A stretch of DNA of 64,000 nt from Octopus bimaculoides (Eukaryota): contig NC_068988.1 of the NCBI RefSeq assembly GCF_001194135.2, positions 40,973,241 through 41,037,240 of the forward strand. Direction: 5' to 3'. The notes below the pieces were generated by a model. That model did not search any database. It was given only the letters and a program-made list of their open reading frames with translations, and had not been told where the DNA came from. Positions within the stretch are counted from its first letter, which is position 1; every line of letters begins with the position of its first letter. Shown here in pieces: positions 12,340-25,541 of the stretch. The position numbers and the translations under genes were made by a program.

Positions 12340-12800
12340 TATGTATAATATAATATAATATAAAATAATATAATATAACATAATATGATATAATATATAA
12401 TATAGTATAATATAAAATAATATAATATGATATATAATATAATATAAAATAATATAATATAACATAATATAATATAATATATAATATAATATAATATAAA
12501 ATAATATAATATAACATAATATAATATAATATATAATATAGTATAATATAAAATAATATAATATGATATAANNNNNNNNNNNNNNNNNNNNNNNNNNNGA
12601 TATAATATATAATATAGTATAATATAAAATAATATAATATGATATATAATATAATATAAAATAATATAATATAACATAATATAATATAATATATAATATA
12701 ATATAATATAAAATAATATAATATAACATAATATAATATAATATATAATATAGTATAATATAAAATAATATAATATGATATAATATAATATAATATGAAT
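12340..12800. repeat. (AATAT)n-based AT minisatellite with higher-order periodicity
   Basis: The tagtataatataaaataatataatatgatata marker recurs with G at 12405/12541 and 12617/12753, a 136-bp spacing on each side of a 27-N gap. Confidence 0.85.
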
Positions 12801-12931
12801 ACAAACACGTCTGTGTAATGGGCAAAAGATTACAAAAGTTGACGGCACTTAGTAAGCAGATCTTAAACCTGGGAGCATGTCCCTTTTTGAAATTAAAATT
12901 AGAGGTTCATATCAAAAATACGGATTTTTCA

Positions 12932-13075
12932 ACTTGCTTCCCAACCACATGGTTCTGGGTCCAGTCCCACTGCGTGGCGACCTCGGCGGAATTTGAACTC
13001 AGAGCGTAAAGGCAGATGAAATATCGCTAAGCATTTCGCCCGGCGTGCTAATGATTCTGCCAGCCCAGCTCACCG
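12932..13075. mobile_element. Chimeric SINE: family B head (+) fused to a family A head (-)
   Basis: acttgcttcccaaccacatggttctgggtccagtcccactgcgtggc runs directly into gacctcggcggaatttgaactcag...ctgccagc. Confidence 0.7.
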
Positions 13076-13879
13076 TTCTAATTAACGATGCAATAAGAAA
13101 AAAACAATTTTTGCAATCTAATCTCCAATTATATTCCGATCTTGGCTATATCAACTAGAATGTTGAGGTCACGAATAGCAACGAAAGGACTTCGAGAGAG
13201 AAGACTAACAACCGATTGATTGTTCAATCAGCACATTAAACCAAAAATTGAATAGTTAACTAGTAAAATAAAGAAGTGGTATTGAACCAGTGTGTGTGTT
13301 TATTTTAATTGTTATTGGCATAATGACCATCCTTAAACACAACAAGACTTGTTTCAACACATGAATTCACATCAATAATATTGCAAACCAATTGCAAAAG
13401 CGTACATATGCATGTGTGTGTATGTGTGTGTATGTGTATGTGTGCATGTGTGTGTGTGTGCGTGCGCGCATGTGTGCGTTACAATTTCAATGGAGCCTCA
13501 CGCCTAAATGTATTTATATATTTTGATCGTTAAATACATCAGTATACATATGTGTGTATGTATATGTATGCCCGTACGTTTGTATGTGTGTCTGTGTGTA
13601 TAAGCGTAAGTATTAAGTCTGTGTATATTCAAGCGTGTATATGCCTGTATACTTGTGAGGGCATGTAGATATATATGTACGTATACTTGCATGTAGTTAT
13701 ATATGTTTATATATATTATATCAATCTATTCATTTGAAGTCCGTGAGCGTGTTCGTGAGAAAATATTTATGTAATTGTAATTTTTACCACATAGTGCCTG
13801 AGCTTGAATGTTGTCGTGGACCTGTTTACCATGCTCTCTCTCTTTCTCTCTCTATCTCTCTCTTTGTATCTATCTATCT

Positions 13880-13914
<35 letters not shown>

Positions 13915-14660
13915 NNNNNNNNNNNNNNNNNNNNNNNNNNNNNNNNNNNNNNNNNNNNNNNNNNNNNNNNNNNNNNNNNNNNNNNNNNNNNNNNNNNNNN
14001 NNNNNNNNNNNNNNNNNNNNNNNNNNNNNNNNNNNNNNNNNNNNNNNNNNNNNNNNNNNNNNNNNNNNNNNNNNNNNNNNNNNNNNNNNNNNNNNNNNNN
14101 NNNNNNNNNNNNNNNNNNNNNNNNNNNNNNNNNNNNNNNNNNNNNNNNNNNNNNNNNNNNNNNNNNNNNNNNNNNNNNNNNNNNNNNNNNNNNNNNNNNN
14201 NNNNNNNNNNNNNNNNNNNNNNNNNNNNNNNNNNNNNNNNNNNNNNNNNNNNNNNNNNNNNNNNNNNNNNNNNNNNNNNNNNNNNNNNNNNNNNNNNNNN
14301 NNNNNNNNNNNNNNNNNNNNNNNNNNNNNNNNNNNNNNNNNNNNNNNNNNNNNNNNNNNNNNNNNNNNNNNNNNNNNNNNNNNNNNNNNNNNNNNNNNNN
14401 NNNNNNNNNNNNNNNNNNNNNNNNNNNNNNNNNNNNNNNNNNNNNNNNNNNNNNNNNNNNNNNNNNNNNNNNNNNNNNNNNNNNNNNNNNNNNNNNNNNN
14501 NNNNNNNNNNNNNNNNNNNNNNNNNNNNNNNNNNNNNNNNNNNNNNNNNNNNNNNNNNNNNNNNNNNNNNNNNNNNNNNNNNNNNNNNNNNNNNNNNNNN
14601 NNNNNNNNNNNNNNNNNNNNNNNNNNNNNNNNNNNNNNNNNNNNNNNTGTGTGTGTGTTT

Positions 14661-14699
<39 letters not shown>

Positions 14700-14841
14700 T
14701 GTGTGTGTGTGCGTGTGTACATATTTCTGTATGTTTAGAACCCTCCTGATAATCCTTCCTGTCCTAAGAGACAAACTTTCTGTAGAAGCTTTACCGGGCG
14801 TTCTATTTCAATCTCCTTCTGCCATTTGTCTATATTTTTGC

Positions 14842-14914
<73 letters not shown>
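14842..14914 (+). repeat. (TTA)n microsatellite immediately upstream of the terminal-exon acceptor
   Basis: Pure TTA run ending about 20 nt before the AG. Confidence 0.95.
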
Positions 14915-14934
14915 CTTTGTTTATGTTTTCGCAG

Positions 14935-16955
14935 GTAACACGAAACCAAATGGAACATCAAGTTTTCGTCCATTAAGTTCGTCTGAAAGAAGAATGATAC
15001 CTTTTTCAATAATTGATGAAAAACCAATGATTCGGGATCAAACAGAACCGCTGATTACTAGTTCGATACGGAAACAATCTGAAGAAGATATAATTGATTA
15101 CAGTGTTCATAAAAACTACGATATCTTATCACGAGCCTCTGCTTTTCATTTGGGTTCCAGGCGCACACACGTTCCGGAAAAAGCATTCAATGGTCCACCA
15201 GCTTTACATTGTCTGTCAGAACTTACAAACGGTCTGACCACTCCCAAATCAACTGAACTATCTAAGCTTCACCAGACGTCTTCTAAAAATGGAAACCATA
15301 TTTTAAACGATGATATCATGATAAAGAGTGCGAGATCTAGCCCTCTCATGAACAATGAGCTTGCTTTAGCTCTAAAAGGCAAAGACTTTAAATACATGTT
15401 TGATAAAACAGCTTGTGATAGCTTTCGTGGTAGCAAAAATTATATAAAGTCAGAAATTGGGGAGAAATATAAAACTGATAGTACCATGCCACTTTTAGTG
15501 ACGCCATATAGATCTCCAACAATAATGTCTCCAAACATTTCTCCAGTCTCATCGTTCTGGAGTTCTTTCCGACCAGAAATGGCACATAATAAATTACCAT
15601 TTAAGTCATTCTCCACGTCTAATCCTATCTATTTTCCAAGCCCACCAATACCGCCAATTTATCCGATACCAAGTATTTACCAGTATTCTGGTTTTCAGTG
15701 GCAACTCTTCCCTCCGACAGCATTCCATCAGACTTCAATATCTGGTCATAATTCTCCTTCGTCAATATCTGGTCCATTGACCGCTAGCATCTCAAGTATT
15801 TCTGACCGTCACCATATGCACAGGTCATCTCTACAACCCGAGCAAGTATTGAACCTTAGCAAACCAAAAATCGACTCAAGCACAGGGAACATGAGAGGCT
15901 ATCGATCACTACCATACCCACTGAAGAAAAAAGACGGTAAGATGCATTACGAATGCAACGTTTGTTATAAGACATTTGGACAACTGTCGAATCTGAAAGT
16001 TCATTTACGCACTCACACGGGTGAACGTCCTTTTGTATGCCAAACCTGCGGCAAGGGTTTCACACAGCTAGCTCATCTTCAAAAGCATCATCTAGTACAT
16101 ACTGGCGAAAAACCTCATGAATGTCAATCCTGCGGTAAACGCTTCAGTAGTACAAGTAACCTTAAGACACACATGAGACTCCACAGTGGAGAAAAACCAT
16201 TTCAATGTAAACTTTGCCCGTCAAAATTCACACAATTTGTTCACTTGAAATTACATAAAAGATTGCACACAGATGAGCGACCTTATGAATGCCCCAACTG
16301 CAATCGAAAATACATTAGCCCGAGCGGTTTAAAAACACACTGGAAGGCTGGGAATTGCGTTTCTCCTGATGGTATCAGCTTTGATATGACAAAATTGATT
16401 GATGGCAGTGCAGATTCTGAGTTTGATCTTGATGTTGGAATTGATGGTGAAAACGAATCGGACATTCAAGAGAAACTGAATATAACAGTTCAATCGCTAG
16501 ACACCACTGCTGATATATCGAGGGTCAGTGATGTTGACGATAACGAGCATGATCTAGAAGAAGGCGAACTGATCAGGGAAGAAATAGATCTTGATGCAGA
16601 CGATGAAATGGGAGAAGAGGAAGACGAGGAAGAAGAAGACGAAGAAGAAGAACTTGAGGAAGATGAACATGAAGAATGTGCAGATGAAAATAAAGCAGCC
16701 AATGGCAATAACACCCTCAATAATAATAATACTAATAATAACAATGACAATCCAAACAGGTTGTCTTTCTCATTGACACCTATGAAGAAGTTTAGTAGAG
16801 AGGGGTACAATATATTTCAAAACCATATTCCTTCAGCATCGCTAATATTAAAAGATAACTGGACAAATGGAACTAACAAAATAGATGAAAAACCGCCAAT
16901 ATCCATTTTTGAAAACATGGAAACATGCACATCTACAACAGACGAAATTCACTAA
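14935..16955 (+). CDS. PRDM1: PRDM1/Blimp-1 terminal coding exon: Pro/Ser-rich region, five zinc fingers, acidic and Asn-rich C-terminus
   Basis: Uninterrupted frame to TAA at 16953-16955. [46 protein letters not shown]...[10 protein letters not shown]...[10 protein letters not shown]...[14 protein letters not shown] is the diagnostic Blimp-1 finger array. Confidence 0.96.
15948..16358 (+). other. PRDM1: Zinc-finger array: four C2H2 fingers plus a fifth C2HC-type finger (CPNC...HWKAGNC)
   Basis: Read directly from the translation. The fifth finger ends H-x4-C, much like vertebrate PRDM1 (HLKGNC). Confidence 0.92.
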
Positions 16956-17004
16956 CTCTCTTATATAATTAAACCCCATCTAATTATTCTTATCATCAGA
17001 TATT

Positions 17005-17008
17005 ATTA

Positions 17009-17052
<44 letters not shown>

Positions 17053-17160
17053 GAAGATGATGAGGATGGTTAGTCATGAATTAGGTGATGAAATCACAGT
17101 GATGATGACGATAATAATTATGATAATGATGATAATGACGACGACGACGATGACGATGAC

Positions 17161-17207
<47 letters not shown>

Positions 17208-17300
17208 CGACGACGACGACGACGATGACGATGACGATGATGATGATGATGATGATATGATGATGATGTTGATGATGATGATGATGTTGATGATGATGAA

Positions 17301-17351
<51 letters not shown>

Positions 17352-17376
17352 CATAATAATAATAATAATAATAATA
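17005..17376. repeat. Compound (TAT)n/(GAT)n/(GAC)n/(AAT)n microsatellite in the presumptive PRDM1 3' UTR
   Basis: Directly visible; begins about 50 nt after the stop codon. Confidence 0.9.
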
Positions 17377-17488
17377 AAAACCTTAAATTTGATAAAAACC
17401 TTAAATTTGATAAGAGTATCAAACCTACAAAGACCCAAAACTTAAGAAAAAATATAATGTGAAAATCATAGTTGACATTGTTACCACC

Positions 17489-17585
17489 ATAGAAACCATC
17501 AAGCAAAAGGTATGTGCTAAAGCTGCCCGTATAGCAAGGTATGAAAAGCGTGTTAGATTCTTCAGAGATAATAACATGTTCAAAA
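17489..17585 (+). mobile_element. Short fragment of a probable R4/Dong-clade LINE ORF
   Basis: IETIKQKVCAKAARIARYEKRVRFFRDNNMFK resembles the E.LKQK..A...R..RY..R......N..F segment upstream of the RT in R4/Dong elements (recognised from memory). It lies about 110 nt downstream of an (AAT)n run. Confidence 0.5.
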
Positions 17586-18056
17586 NNNNNNNNNNTCAAA
17601 TCCACACTAACACAACCACCACTACCACTACCATTACCACCACCATTACCATTGCCATCAAAGCTACATTAGCCAAAAAAATAATAATAAATAAGTAAAA
17701 CACCAAAATGACCGCCATTTACAAAACACAAACAGCTATCGTCGGTTTGAAAACAACATACTGTGCGAAAAGAAGCATCACAACCACTAAACTTGCACTA
17801 TCATCACGAAGAGCAAAACTGCATCGCTGTCACGCCATAGCTATCGTCCATTAAAACATTTACTCTATTTTTTTTTCTCATCATCTTGCGCTATTGTACA
17901 GCTACTGTTAACAAGTTTAAAAAGTATTATTCCTCTACTTCTCTAAATTATCTTCATCATCATCATCTTTGTCACCATCAGAGGCGGCGGTGGCGGCGGC
18001 ATCATCATTGTCATCATTATGCTATCGTTATCATCACAATCATTATCCTCATTAAT

Positions 18057-18087
<31 letters not shown>

Positions 18088-18185
18088 CTGTTGTTGTCAG
18101 CGTCGTCGTCGTCGTCGTCGTTTTCATCGCCAGGGTGGGCCAAGCGTCACGCACCAAAACATTTAACATCTTTATTTATGTTACG

Positions 18186-18216
<31 letters not shown>

Positions 18217-19928
18217 TTTTGTTCATCATGTACAAGTGCGTGTGTATTCATCATTATTTTATTTATTTCATTCAGTCTTTGACAATTCTGGAGCGCATTG
18301 AACTTATTTTGGACCGCCCTGTATGTTAATAGCATGTCAAAGTTCATAGATATTATGTTTCATACGTTCGTGAACAGGGAATTCTTTAACCGTTTTTGAC
18401 CTGGTTGATCACATTGGTACCCCCTTCATACCTGGTGGTATTTACAGTGGTTGTTGCTGTTATCGGTAAGTCCCAAATTAGCTCCCTGCTCCAGAGTATG
18501 TATAATTAAGAGTGTTTAAGCCATGAGCACAACCTTTTGTAATTCAGATATTGTGCACCTAGGACCTCAATACCCAATGCGGTTATGGCTTGGACGCCCT
18601 TTAATCACAGATCTTCTGGATCAGAGCCAGTTTAGAACTAGCCGATGACAACAATACCCACTGTAAGACAGCACCAATTCAATAGCTGGTTCCATTGTAT
18701 TCAGCTTGGAAAAAAAAGATTGTAGAATTCTCTACGTGCGGAGGTATGAATTGTTGTTTGAACGAATGTTTCCAATTTGTTAACATCAGTTTAATGCTAT
18801 ATGCACTGTATGAGCAATCTAATGATAACATTAGTTTATGTTCGAATCCAGTCTGATGATCGGAGATCAAAGCGTCCACAAAGTTGTGGTAGGTATAAAT
18901 ACTAAATAACGAAAAAATTCCCTGAAAATGAGCTTGAGATCCCGAGGATTAGTAAGAACTGCTCATAAATATTTATACATTTAACCAGAGCAGGAATAAC
19001 TATCAGATCTGTTTTGGAAATGTCCAGTTTGAGAAGTTGTTCACCAATAGTCAAGTTCAGCCATTTAACTAACTATGCATAAAGCATTTATTGCCAGCAG
19101 GCTATTTCTTTCAGCTTCAAAAGGTGAACCTTGATTGAAAAAAAAATGCTATGAATGTGCTTCTACAACATGGCTTTCCTTGTGATAGTTAAAACAAACT
19201 AATGATGTTAATTAACATTAACAACATTATCAACCGTATTACTGTACTTATCGGGCAGTCTGCTTAGATGAGAAGAAGGGGATAGCAAGTAATTAGCCAA
19301 GTTTCAAAACCTATATTAAGCCACTACACTACTCTTATATCATTAAAGTACTCTTGAAAGGCATGGCCGATACAGCTTCTAATACCTTCTAAAAGTAATC
19401 TTCAACTTCGTGTCTTATACAGGATTAACACATTATTACACTACAGATGTAAAGTTCAGATCCAGTTTGATTCTTATTCGTAGGAATTTTTACCTCTAAT
19501 CGAAGATTTAAAGAGCAATGGAAAAATCGTTGAAGCGTTGTACAAAATGCCTGGTGGTATTTGTACTAAATCTTTTTGTTCTGAGTTTTAAAATCCAGCC
19601 GAAGTGAATTTTTCATGTAATTTTCCCGTACAAGTCAAGTACTAGGTTATAATCTCTATTCCAACAAATTTGAAGTCTCATACCTACGTAACAAATCAAT
19701 ATTATCATCATCATCGTCATATTATTATTTCGAGGTCAGAAATCATCGTTTTTATCATTACAGCGATGATAGAAGACTCGGCGTTTCGAGTTAACAATAG
19801 TTGTTCCAACTGCTACAAATAGGAGCCAAATCTTAAATCTAAATCCTAAAGTCTTCGAAAACAAGACCACATTGAATAAATGTAGTCTAGAATCTAAATA
19901 AATAAATAAATAGATAGATAAATAATCT

Positions 19929-20146
19929 TTTCTACTATAAGCACAAGGCCTGAAATTCGGAGGGAGTGGGGGGGGGTCAATCGATTAGATCGACCCCAGT
20001 ACGCAACTGGTACTTAATTTATCGACCCCGAAAGGATGAAAGGCAAAGTCGACCGCGGCGGAATATGAACTTCGAACGTAGCGACGGGCGAAATACCGCT
20101 AAGCATTTCGTCCGACGTGCTAACGATTCTATCAGCTCGCCGCCTT
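19929..20146 (-). mobile_element. tRNA-derived SINE (family A), well preserved
   Basis: tttctactataagcacaaggcctgaaatt...gtacgcaactggtacttaatttatcgaccccgaaaggatgaaaggcaaagtcgacc...cagctcgccgcctt. Confidence 0.9.
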
Positions 20147-23100
20147 AATAAATAGATAAATAATGACGATATCGGCATCGCTTTAATAATCTCTGATCAA
20201 AGGCTGAAATCACGAAGCATATTCATTTTGCATATTCCTGAGCTTCATACAATAAAGTGCCCCAATACTGCGGCGCGAGGACTACTTAATCTTCATATAG
20301 TTAAACCAACAGTAAAAACAGAGTTTACTCACTCTTTATGTTTCCAGCCACTGGTTTGTGGCAAAGCTGGGACAATAGCTTGTATTTTAATAAAAAAAAA
20401 AGGTGTGAAGGACAGTCTGCTAGTAAGTAGGGTCAGCCGTTTTCATCACCATTGCTAATATTGGTTTTAACATGATAGCTCAGAAGACACGCACACACAG
20501 ATATATATATATATATACGTATGTATATGTATATTTCAAAATCATATTAGAGTCGCCTTTGCTTTTCATCAACGCTGAGTATAGGAGAATCGGTCACAGT
20601 TGAATACATGTCTTCCTAATTGATTATTTAAAAAAAGATATTTTATCACTTTTGCTTCTTTTTAAAAAAAAAATCATTATTACAGTGAGTTGTAGAGTCG
20701 TGATAACGTTATAAAATGGATTGTACTCTAGAAGATATAACTTTTATAATTTAGGGTTAAATTCTCGTCAGGATTTTGTTTCCTTCTATCATTTTAGTAT
20801 GTATAAAGAAACGTTGAGAGTGGTAAAATAATGATTTGATAGGCACAGATCCATTTAGGACTACATTATTCAATAAATCATTCTTTTTTTCAAGACAGTA
20901 GTGTGATCTGAGAGAGAAATAAATGTAGTAAAATTATCGACGATTGAACTGTGAGGAAAATCGTTGATCATGTTGTTTAGATCCAGCTCAGCTTTGATCA
21001 AATGGACCAATGATCAAAATCATTTAACACTCTGCAGTGCTATATTATTCAATGCCACCTCTCACTTTTCAAGCCAGTAGGACGTGATTTCGAGTTTTGG
21101 CTGTTATTTCAAGCATGCCGGGTGACTATGCAATGGTTTCACTGTTGGATCTCATAAGGATTTCAACAACAAGAGGTAGGTTCCTTGATCGTCTCTCCCC
21201 AATGTGTGTGTGTGCGTGTAACCATATGCGGTTAAATCCCATAATTCGGTAGGTTGAAAGAACCACTCAATTAACTTCCTGTAATGCGTCAAGAGAGAGG
21301 AAAAGAGTTTGGAAGAGTGAACGGGAAGAATCGAAACCTGGATTTCCAACTACGAAACATAAATCGAATATATAGTGCTAGCACCTATAGAGGTATGTTC
21401 TTAACATCATTATGTACCTATTGATAGCCAAATGAACTGGACTAGTTCAAATTTTAATGCTTTTAGTATGTATCAAAATAGTACGGTATCGAGGGGAAAG
21501 ACGAATCTTATTTATAGCACTGAGTCTGTTATTAGATCATAAGGAAATCATTTGCGGATAATTTGTATCTAACAAAGATTAGTTATTAATTTACAAGAGA
21601 GTTATAAAGCATTCGAATAGATATAGGAATATTCTGTAGTTATAAATTAAATAAATAGATTATAGGTACTGGTAAAGGGTTCCAGAGTGGAGTATAAGCA
21701 TGGCTGTATTGTTAAGATATTCGCTTTGCAATTACGGGGCTCCATATTAGATTTCACTCCGTAGCTTTTTAGACACGTGACTTCTGATCCGTCACCTGAT
21801 TTCACGTCACTGTCTGTCCTTTGGATACCTGCAATGGAGTTAACGCCGTTGCAGATATTGGGACCAAGACAGCGATCAGAAAATATGGTCTCTTAATGTG
21901 CTGCTTCTTCCCTTCTGTAACATACCCTTTATTTTCACTATCCACAGAAACCCAGCAATATTCATAGACACTGCTTTGCCACTTATGAGTAGGCCATAAG
22001 ACATAGCAGTCACTAAGATTACTTGTAGATGTGTATGGATCAGGAGAAGTTTAAGTAGCGTTGGGAAATGGCTGTAATTTGTAATTTGAGGTAAATAATA
22101 GTAAACGGTGGTACATTTTTAGTTGTAGTAAGTGTTGTTAAATAATGGTTAAATAAAGGGTGACGATCCAAGTTTCTATTTCCTGTTTTGGTTACATGTT
22201 GTCGAGAAATGCATGGAGATCGCTCTATTTTATTATTATCTACTTTTATAAACAAGAACGATCTCAGTTGATGGGTCTGTACTTAAAACATATTTGTTAA
22301 ACAACACTCCACAATTATTAACAACTGAAATTACTGGTATTTAAATAATCAACCACACTTATCGGTACAGAGAGCCATTGAGTGAATCTTTAAAGTACAG
22401 TGCATTAGGTAGTGCGATACTTGATAGATGGTTTGAAAATGAAACGTGGGGGGGGGCGATTTTGAGCATAGGTCTGCTCAATTAGGTCTGACCTGGAGCT
22501 AATCATCAACTATCGTCATATATCTCATTACACACATCATTGCCTTCTTCTACCATCTCATCCTCCTCCTCATCATCATCATCCTCATTATCATCATCAT
22601 TATCGTCATTATCATCCTCATTGCCAAGGAAGCCAGCTATAATATCCTTCCATTCTCACTTTGGAACTCTCTATCTACATATTTTATTGACCTTCAGAGG
22701 TCGATAAAACAGGCATCAGTATAATAGTTTATATCATCATCATCGTCGTCATCGTCGTCGTCGTCGTCGTCATTATCATCGTCATATATAACAACAAAAA
22801 CCACCAGCACCACCATAGCCACTACCAAAAAAATTAGAATAAATTATAGAGAGTTTTTCAATGCGGTCACTCGGGCAATCATATTCCTTTAAATCTCAAA
22901 CTGGCATCTTAATTCGAAAACGACAGATTGAAGAATACAGTCCTAGGAAGACAAGATGATCACAGCTTGAATGTCTTCATTTACAGCCCTGTTCCTTTAG
23001 AATTGAACTTGAGCTCCTAATATAACAACGTTACAACGAGACAGCAAAGGAGGTGTGTGTGTGTGTGTGTGTATGTGTGTGTGTGTGTGTGTGTGTAATT

Positions 23101-23587
23101 GAAAAAATTGGGGTCAGCAAGAAGGAGTACGGTTGGACATATATTTTTTAATCACTACAATTGTTTCCACACAGTGTAGTTCTCGAGGGGTGCAGGTACT
23201 CGATTATGTAACCGCTTCCCTGCATTATGAGATCTAGTTGTGCTTCCTCAGGCGATACGTAAAAATTACCTCCGTGAGTTCAAAATCCTCGACTTTGGGA
23301 ACATCTTTTCTGTCTGTCGTAGCCTGAATTTAGTAGTAGCCACTGAGCTTATCAGGGTGCGTTGTTGCTGTAGTACCGTTGGCAAGCTGCTTTGAATATG
23401 ATGTAGTGGGATGGTGATTCTGCTCCGATTTTCTATTCACACACGACAAATGCCAAACGCAAACCTGGAAGTACGTATAATACTACTACTGGATATCACA
23501 GGGTAAATGTGAAGGTGGTTGAGCTTTATACTGTACTCTACTACGCTCTTAACAGAATATACCATAACTATATATATATATACATAC

Positions 23588-23626
<39 letters not shown>

Positions 23627-23723
23627 TCTATTGAATTAGGTACCTAAATTGAGGCAACAAGCCAGTCGGTATAGCCAACTCAGCTCGAAGTTTGATGAAC
23701 AATATGTAACAAGGATGCAAAGT

Positions 23724-24075
23724 TATCAATGCATTACGGCCGTTTCGAGCGGCTCCATTTAATCGATCAATGAAATTATTACAGCAATTTGAAAGAAGCC
23801 ACTCTCCTCATAAGTAGATAACCATATAGATTTACAGCATAAAGGATAAACCATTTAAAAAAAATTTATATCAGTATTAGAAACCAAAATAATTACATTG
23901 TTTCCTTATATTATATTTGTGGCAGAATGAATCAATCTATATGTTACATTTGTGGCAGGACGAACCAATCTATATAGTCATCAACTGCTGAGGAGAGCGG
24001 TTTCTTTCAATCTGATGTAATGTTTTCAATGATCGATCAAATGGAGCTGCTTGAAACGGCCGTAATGCATTGATA
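23724..24075. repeat. Foldback element with ~108-bp inverted arms and a 32-bp tandem duplication at the spacer/right-arm edge
   Basis: 23724-23831 versus the reverse complement of 23968-24075 (tatcaatgcattacggccgtttc.agc.gctccattt.atcgatca.tgaaa...). atttgtggcag.a.gaa.caatctatat occurs twice at about 23914-23975. Confidence 0.85.
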
Positions 24076-24127
24076 TCTGGACGCCCTTATTAGTCATTTG
24101 CATTATATAAATATATATATATATATG

Positions 24128-24189
<62 letters not shown>

Positions 24190-24457
24190 CGTGTGTGTGT
24201 GTGTGTGGTCGTTCGATCTCCTAGAAAAGTAGTTAAAACACGTCCAAATCTTATCTGACTGCCTTGAAAGATGATGGCTATATTGGTTGAAATGCTTTTG
24301 ATCATAGATCTGTTCATTCACAACTCATCCAGGGTTGAACGGTAATATGGCTATATTTTGTCGGTCTGCGCGAGGAAAACCAGACATCAAAATGTAATTA
24401 CCACCAACATCACCGCCACCACCACTACTACTATTACTACTACTGCTGCTGCTGCTG

Positions 24458-24520
<63 letters not shown>

Positions 24521-25508
24521 GCAAGATCATGCCAGCACCGAGCAGGGACTCTACCTGCTAAATATAGCAGAGAAATACATCAGAAAATGTATTTCTCTAG
24601 GTATATCACTGAAAAGTTGAGATGGCCATACCTGGTAGGTTTGCTCGATCAGAGCTGATCTGTAGCTGAACAACAGCAAAAACAACAACGCCCACTTCAC
24701 ACTGTACAAACAACAATCATCATTTTCACATATCAACGTCAGTTAGCAAAGTACGACAACAAACACAAAACCACAATCACCACCGCCACTATCGCTAACA
24801 CACTACTACCATCAGCATGACTATTCGATTTCATTGACATAAATTATGTTATAGCTATTCTTGTTTAACTTCTGTTTTGATGTTGACAATCAAATTTTAA
24901 TTTAATATCTTGTTTGTATGTGAATATCTTTCTAAGTGTCGAAAGCGCTGAAATGACAGCCGTTGGAGCGTTGGATAGAATATCATGTGGTCTCCGTTCC
25001 GGCTCTTTGTGTTCGTAGTTCAATTCATGCCAAGCTCAAATTTGCATTTTATCCTTATAGAGTTGATAAATAAAAGTACCAGACAAGTACAGGAGTCGTT
25101 TTTTTTTCTTTGTTTTTCCGACTCGATAAAAATTATGTATAACTTCTAAAGCAAAACTCAGGAGGTTTCTGGTAAGCAACTGGAAACTACCATTTTACTT
25201 CGCCTGCAAAATTCCATGACATGCTGATTGAGGTTGTCAAAGATATCACTAACGGATCATTCATAGATCTGATGGCAAAGCGAAGGCAGAAACACATGTG
25301 TATGTACGTATATAGGCATATGTACTTATAAACATGTGAGTGTAACTCTGTAACTATTTGATGTGTATATACCCATATGTGTGTGTAATCTTCATACATG
25401 TGAATATCATTACAAACACAGAAATACATGTACAAATAATAGGTTGACTGGTTTTAAATCCTTACATATACAAAACAAAAATACATGTACAAACACACAA
25501 CTATACTG

Positions 25509-25541
<33 letters not shown>

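Larger units (their letters stand above)
4627..14934 (+). other. PRDM1: ~10.3-kb GT-AG intron of PRDM1 (contains five N gaps that could hide extra exons)
   Basis: The phase-1 donor at 4627 joins the acceptor tttgtttatgttttcgcAG at 14933-14934 in frame (G+GT = Gly). Confidence 0.75.

Noticed and set aside
12387-12783. 212-bp-offset duplicate blocks of the AT minisatellite across a 27-N gap
   Set aside because: Cannot be told apart from an assembly overlap, so it is not claimed as a true higher-order array beyond the 136-bp internal period.
14826-14934. N-terminal extension [10 protein letters not shown]... of the 709-aa ORF
   Set aside because: It starts at TTG and runs through the intronic (TTA)n. 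A good acceptor at 14934 joins the PR exon in phase.
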